A stretch of DNA of 17,884 nucleotides from Myxococcota bacterium (GTDB taxonomy: Bacteria > Myxococcota_A > Polyangia > Polyangiales > Sandaracinaceae): assembly GCA_036149055.1 (NCBI GenBank), contig JAYZQJ010000153.1, positions 1 to 17,884 on the forward strand, written 5' to 3'. The position numbers were made by a program, and so were the translations under genes. Below are positions 13,591 through 17,884 of this stretch, piece after piece; the stretch's first letter is position 1, and each line of letters opens with the position of its first letter. Below the pieces are notes generated by a model. It worked only from the letters and a program-made list of their open reading frames with translations. It did not search any database and had not been told where the DNA came from.

Positions 13591-14597
13591 CGACTCGCGT
13601 CGAGGATCTTCCGGGTAAGGGTGGAGACGCCGACCTCGGAGAGCTCGTCCTCCGAGAACAGCCGCGCTCCGTCGCTCGACGGCGCGGCGGCGGTCGCGCG
13701 CCACACGCGGACCCCGAGCCGCCGGTGGGTGAGCACGTGCTCGACCTCGGCCGCGGGGTCCCGGGAGAGCCGGGCCTTCACGCCGGCCTCGCGCAGCGCC
13801 GCTCTCGCGGCGTCCCGGCCGTCGCCCTCGGCGGTGGGCACGCCCCAGAGCCCGCCGAAGAGGGCGCCGTCGCGTTTGGTCAGCGCCACGCGCCCGCCTC
13901 GGGTGGCCACCACCGCGGAGAGGCGCACCGCCTTCGGCGCCTTCTTGGGGCGAGGCACGGGCAGCTCGCGCTGCCTCCCTTCGTCACGGGCGACGCAGGC
14001 GGCGACCGGGCACGCGTCGCAGCGCGGGCTCTTCGGCGTGCAGACGCGCGCGCCCAGCTCCATCAGCGCCTGGTTCAGGTCGCCCGGGCGGGGCCCCGCC
14101 ACCAGCCGCTCGGACTCCGCCCACAGCCGCCGCTCCGTGTCGCCCCGGCCGAGCGGGGTGTCGATCCCGTGCACGCGCGTCAGCACGCGGGCCACGTTCC
14201 CGTCGACGATGGGCTCGGCGCGGTCGAAGGCGATCGAGCCGATCGCGCCCGCGGTGTAGCGACCGACGCCCGGCAGCCCGCGCCGCGCCTCGGCGTCCTC
14301 GGGGACCGCGCCGCCGTAGCGCGCCACGACCTCCTTCACCCCGGCGTGGAGCAGCCGCGCGCGCCGGTAGTAGCCGAGGCCGCTCCACATCGAGAGCACG
14401 TCGTCTTCGTCCGCCGCGGCCAGGTCGTGGGTCGTGGGGAAGCGCTCGAGGAAGCGCGTCCAGTAGGGGATCACGGTCTCGACGCGGGTCTGCTGGAGCA
14501 TGATCTCCGAGACCCAGATCGCGTACGGGTCGCGGGTCTCGCGCCACGGCAGCGCGCGCTTGTGGGCGTCGTACCAGCGGAGGAGCGCGGCCCGCAT
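13587..14597 (-). CDS. mutY: A/G-specific adenine DNA glycosylase
   Basis: LLRWY...LPWR...PYAIWVSEIMLQQT, WSGLGYYRRA, HhH LPGVGRYTAGAI, VDGNVARV, ALMELGA plus a four-Cys cluster. ATG 14597 overlaps the kinase TGA (TGATG). Confidence 0.96.
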   Translation of the reverse strand: MRAALLRWYDAHKRALPWRETRDPYAIWVSEIMLQQTRVETVIPYWTRFLERFPTTHDLAAADEDDVLSMWSGLGYYRRARLLHAGVKEVVARYGGAVPEDAEARRGLPGVGRYTAGAIGSIAFDRAEPIVDGNVARVLTRVHGIDTPLGRGDTERRLWAESERLVAGPRPGDLNQALMELGARVCTPKSPRCDACPVAACVARDEGRQRELPVPRPKKAPKAVRLSAVVATRGGRVALTKRDGALFGGLWGVPTAEGDGRDAARAALREAGVKARLSRDPAAEVEHVLTHRRLGVRVWRATAAAPSSDGARLFSEDELSEVGVSTLTRKILDASR

Positions 14598-15865
14598 CAG
14601 CTCATCAGGAGGATGGCGAGGGCGACGACGACGACGAGCCCGGCGAGCCCGAAGGCGCCGATCGCGATCGCGAGCAGGACCCAGAACATCGGGCTGCGCT
14701 TCGCCTCCGCCGGGACGGCGCTCGCGCGGGCCTGGATCGGCGGGGGCGCCGGGAGCGCGGCGTGCTGCCCGGTGATGAGCGGCGCCGGCTGCACGTCGGG
14801 CGTGGTCTGCACCGCGGCGGCGTGCGGCTGAGGCGCAGGCGGCGGGTGCGGCATCGACGCGCGCGGGACCTGCGGCATCGACATGCGCTCCTGGGCCGAG
14901 GGCTGGCGGGCGGTCGCGTCCGGCGCGTCCATCTCCCAGCCCCGCTCCGGGAAGGTCCAGCTGACCAGGCGCGCGAGCTGATCGCGGCCGTACCCCGGCG
15001 CCACCTCGTGCAGCATCTCGCGCAGCTGCATGCCGAGCGCCTGCGCGGTGGGCGTGCGGATCGTCGCGTCCTTGGTCAGGCAGCGCATGACGATCGCGTC
15101 GACCTCGGCCGGCACCTTCGGGTTGTAGGTGCTGGGCGGCGGGAACTTGCACGCCTCGAGCATCTGCGCCGCGGTCATCGGATCGTTCGGCGGCATCAGC
15201 GTGCGCATCGTCAGCATCTCCCAGACGACGATGCCGAGGCTGAACACGTCGGCGCGGGCGTCCACGTCGCGGTGGTCCGCCTGCTCGGGCGCCATGTAGC
15301 TCATCTTGCCGATCGGCACGCCGCTGCCGGTCTGCACGACGTTGTCGGCCGCCTTCACGAGCCCGAAGTCGCTCACCTTCACCGCGCCCTCGTTCGAGAG
15401 CAGGACGTTCTGGGGCGAGACGTCGCGGTGCACGATGCCGAGCGGGTTGCCCTGCTCGTCGCGCTTGCGGTGCGCGTGATCGAGCCCCGCCGCCGCCTCC
15501 GCGCCGATGAACAGCGCGGCCGCGATCTCGAGGTGCTGACGCTTCTCGACCAGCTGCTGCAGCAGGAGCGCGAGGGTGACCCCCTCGACGAACTCCATCA
15601 CCAGGAACGGCTCGGGCTCGATGCCGAAGTCCACCACCGCGACGAGGTTCGGGTGGTCGAGCCGGGCGTTGGTGCGCGCCTCGGCCGCGAAGCGCTCGAG
15701 CAGCGAGGGGTCCCGCCGGTACTGCGGGAGCATGCGCTTGAGCGCGACCTTCTTGCGGAAGCCGGCCTCCCCGGAGCGCTCGCCCCGGTAGACCATGGCC
15801 ATCCCGCCCTGCCCGAGCTTCTCGAGCAGACGGTATTCACCCAGCTGCGCGGGCTCCGCGGACAC
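14597..15865 (-). CDS. Hanks-type Ser/Thr protein kinase with C-terminal membrane anchor
   Basis: LGQGGMAMVY, VALK, HRDVSPQN, DFG, YMAPE, DVFSLG. Pro-rich linker and a terminal TM helix with no external domain. Start at GTG 15865 is inferred. Confidence 0.92.
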   Translation of the reverse strand: MSAEPAQLGEYRLLEKLGQGGMAMVYRGERSGEAGFRKKVALKRMLPQYRRDPSLLERFAAEARTNARLDHPNLVAVVDFGIEPEPFLVMEFVEGVTLALLLQQLVEKRQHLEIAAALFIGAEAAAGLDHAHRKRDEQGNPLGIVHRDVSPQNVLLSNEGAVKVSDFGLVKAADNVVQTGSGVPIGKMSYMAPEQADHRDVDARADVFSLGIVVWEMLTMRTLMPPNDPMTAAQMLEACKFPPPSTYNPKVPAEVDAIVMRCLTKDATIRTPTAQALGMQLREMLHEVAPGYGRDQLARLVSWTFPERGWEMDAPDATARQPSAQERMSMPQVPRASMPHPPPAPQPHAAAVQTTPDVQPAPLITGQHAALPAPPPIQARASAVPAEAKRSPMFWVLLAIAIGAFGLAGLVVVVALAILLMS

Positions 15866-15903
15866 CGGCGAATGCTTTACCACGCGGCGCCGATCGAGGC
15901 CGC

Positions 15904-16581
15904 TCAACGGACTTCGGAGATCTCCTCGAGCGGCTTGCGGCCGATGTCGGGCACGACGCAGTCGTCCGCCGGATAGCCGACCGGCATGATCACGAACGGC
16001 TTCTCGCTCTCCGGCCGGCCGCAGATCTCGCGCAGGAAGGTCATCGGCGCCGGGGTGTGGGTGAGGGTGGCGAGCCCAGCCCGGTGCAGCGCCGAGATCA
16101 GGAAGCCGACCGCGATGCCCACCGACTCGTTCAGGTAGTAGCCCTTGAGCTTGGTCCCGTCGGGCAGCAGCTCCCAGTCGCGCCGGAACACCACGAGCAG
16201 CCACGGCGCGTCGGTGATGTGCTCCTTGACGGTGTCGGTCCCGAGCGGCGCGAGCGCGTCGAGCCACTCGTCGGGCGCCCGGCGCTCGTAGAACTCGCGC
16301 TCCTCCTTCTCGGCCGCCTCCCGGATGCGCCGCTTGAGCTCCGGGTCGGAGATGGCGACGAAGTACCAGGGCTGGCGGTGCGCGCCGCTCGGCGCGGTCC
16401 CGGCGATCCGGATCGCGTCCTCGATGACCGAACGAGGGACCTCGTCGGTGGAGAAGTGCCGCACGCTCCGGCGCCCCTCCATCACCTCGTAGTCCGCCGC
16501 GATCCGCCGCGCGGACTCCTCCGGCGGCACCCGCTCGGGGCGGTAGGGGACGGGCTGGTAGCGCGGGTCGTCTTCGCTCAC
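15904..16581 (-). CDS. Nitroreductase-family flavoprotein, iodotyrosine deiodinase-like
   Basis: RRSVRHFS, TAPSGAHRQPW, lid IREAAEKEEREFY...LAPLGT..KEHI, ESVGIA, LATLTHTP, PVGYPA..VPDI.RK. Confidence 0.88.
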   Translation of the reverse strand: MSEDDPRYQPVPYRPERVPPEESARRIAADYEVMEGRRSVRHFSTDEVPRSVIEDAIRIAGTAPSGAHRQPWYFVAISDPELKRRIREAAEKEEREFYERRAPDEWLDALAPLGTDTVKEHITDAPWLLVVFRRDWELLPDGTKLKGYYLNESVGIAVGFLISALHRAGLATLTHTPAPMTFLREICGRPESEKPFVIMPVGYPADDCVVPDIGRKPLEEISEVR

Positions 16582-17884
16582 CCCGGGAGGCTAACGCATG
16601 CGCGTCGCCCTCGGCGACGGCGGCCCGCGAGCCAGCCGAGGACCAGCAAGAGGAGCCACGCGGGCGGGCGCCGCCCGACGACACCACACCCGCAGCCCGT
16701 CGCCGGCACCGAGGGGGTGGGCAGGCCGCCGTCGGCGTGGGGGGCGCAGCGATGGTCGAGGCAGCTCTCGCCGGCGCCGCACTCGGCGTCCTCGTGGCAG
16801 CAGCCGGCGATCGGGAGCCGCTGGCAGCCCCCCTCCAGGCAGCGGTCTCGCGTGCAGACGTCGCCGTCCTCGCAGTCTGCGTGTGACCGACAGCAGCCCG
16901 CGACCTCGACGTGCGTACAGCCGGCGATCGCGTCGCAGGCGTCCGCCGTGCAGCGGTCACCGTCATCGCAGCGGAGGGGGCGACCCTCCGCGCACTCGCC
17001 GGCCGCGCACGTCTCGGCGCCGTCACAGACGTCGCCGTCGTCGCAGCTCATCCCGTCGGCGGCTCGCTGATCGAAGCCGCAGTGCAGGTGCACGCCGTCG
17101 CAGGTGTCCGAGACGTCACACGGCCCCGTCGACGGCCGGCATTCCGTGCCCTCCGCGGCCGCCCACTCTGCCGGGCACTCCGCCATGAGGCCGTCGCAGA
17201 CCTCGGGCGCGTCACAGGCGCCCGCCGCGGGGCGACACACCGCGGCCGTCTCGTCGAAGGCGTAGCGGCAGTGGCCGGAGGGATCGCAGCGGTCCTCGAC
17301 ATCGCATGGCCCCTCGGCCGGCCGGCAGATCGCGCCCGGCTCGAGCCGAGCGTCGGCCGGACAGTCCACGCCGACGCCGTCGCAGATCTCCTCCGGGTCG
17401 CAGGCGCCTCCGCTCTCCCGGCACACCCACCCCGCGGAGACCGCGGTGCAGCGGCCGTCCTCGCTGCCTCCGAGCGCCACGGAGCAGGCCTCGCAGCCGC
17501 CCAGGCACGCGGACTCGCAGCACACTCCGTCGACGCAGTGGCCCGAGCCGCACTCGGCGTCCACGACGCAGCTCGCGCCGTCGTCGGCCCCGACCTCGAG
17601 GCGGGCGGAGAGCAGGCGGCGGTCACCGTTCCCGGGCCCGTCCACCAGGTGGAGCACCGCGGCGCGCTCCTGACCCCGGTACGCGATGTCCTCGATCTCC
17701 CCTCGCGGGATCGTCGAGGGGCCTCCGAGCACCTCGCCGCGAAGGTCCGTGAGGACCAGCGCGCTCGTCAGGGCCCCCGCGACGCGCACCCAGCAGTGGC
17801 TGTCCCCACAGTGGATCGAGAGGCAGCCGCTCGGCAGGGCGTGGGCGCGCCCGGGCGCGCCGTCCGCGTCCACCGCGACGAGGC
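16578..17884 (-). CDS. Cys-rich surface protein with disintegrin-like repeats and a MYXO-CTERM sorting signal (5' part outside window)
   Basis: Four CRxxxGxCDxxExC-type repeats, CDDGxxCT-type repeats, and a C-terminal GCGC + hydrophobic stretch + RRRR. The frame stays open to the window edge. Confidence 0.85.
   Translation of the reverse strand, partial: LVAVDADGAPGRAHALPSGCLSIHCGDSHCWVRVAGALTSALVLTDLRGEVLGGPSTIPRGEIEDIAYRGQERAAVLHLVDGPGNGDRRLLSARLEVGADDGASCVVDAECGSGHCVDGVCCESACLGGCEACSVALGGSEDGRCTAVSAGWVCRESGGACDPEEICDGVGVDCPADARLEPGAICRPAEGPCDVEDRCDPSGHCRYAFDETAAVCRPAAGACDAPEVCDGLMAECPAEWAAAEGTECRPSTGPCDVSDTCDGVHLHCGFDQRAADGMSCDDGDVCDGAETCAAGECAEGRPLRCDDGDRCTADACDAIAGCTHVEVAGCCRSHADCEDGDVCTRDRCLEGGCQRLPIAGCCHEDAECGAGESCLDHRCAPHADGGLPTPSVPATGCGCGVVGRRPPAWLLLLVLGWLAGRRRRGRRACVSLPG

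Noticed and set aside
14597..17026. 809-aa kinase ORF and 521-aa MutY ORF as called by the track
   Set aside because: The N-terminal extensions are off-frame read-through of neighbouring genes. The real starts are near 15865 and at 14597.

Overview
High-GC bacterial DNA, most consistent with a myxobacterium (Myxococcota/Polyangiales-like). That assignment is inferred from a MYXO-CTERM protein and a myxobacterial-type Ser/Thr kinase. From left to right: a ~150-bp nested-palindrome (MITE-like) element; murB and serS (-); a DUF1517/FLAP1-like protein with a C-terminal zinc ribbon (+); a YkgJ-like Cys-cluster protein (-); a 59-aa basic 11-mer-repeat peptide (+). Next is a translationally coupled alternative heme-copper oxidase operon: subunit II-cyt c fusion, subunit I-III fusion, a small membrane protein, CtaG-like and a triheme cytochrome c. 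It is followed by a ~140-aa His/Cys-rich gene split by a frame-preserving ~111-114-bp four-hairpin insertion, a DUF1444-like gene, and an SDR-TetR pair with a candidate operator. The window ends with a minus-strand run: MYXO-CTERM disintegrin-like repeat protein (partial), iodotyrosine deiodinase-like nitroreductase, Ser/Thr kinase and mutY. The two most notable observations are the structured element interrupting the gene at 10838-11374 and the oxidase subunit I, which has intact metal ligands but non-canonical K- and D-channel residues. All family calls come from motif recognition by eye, not database searches.
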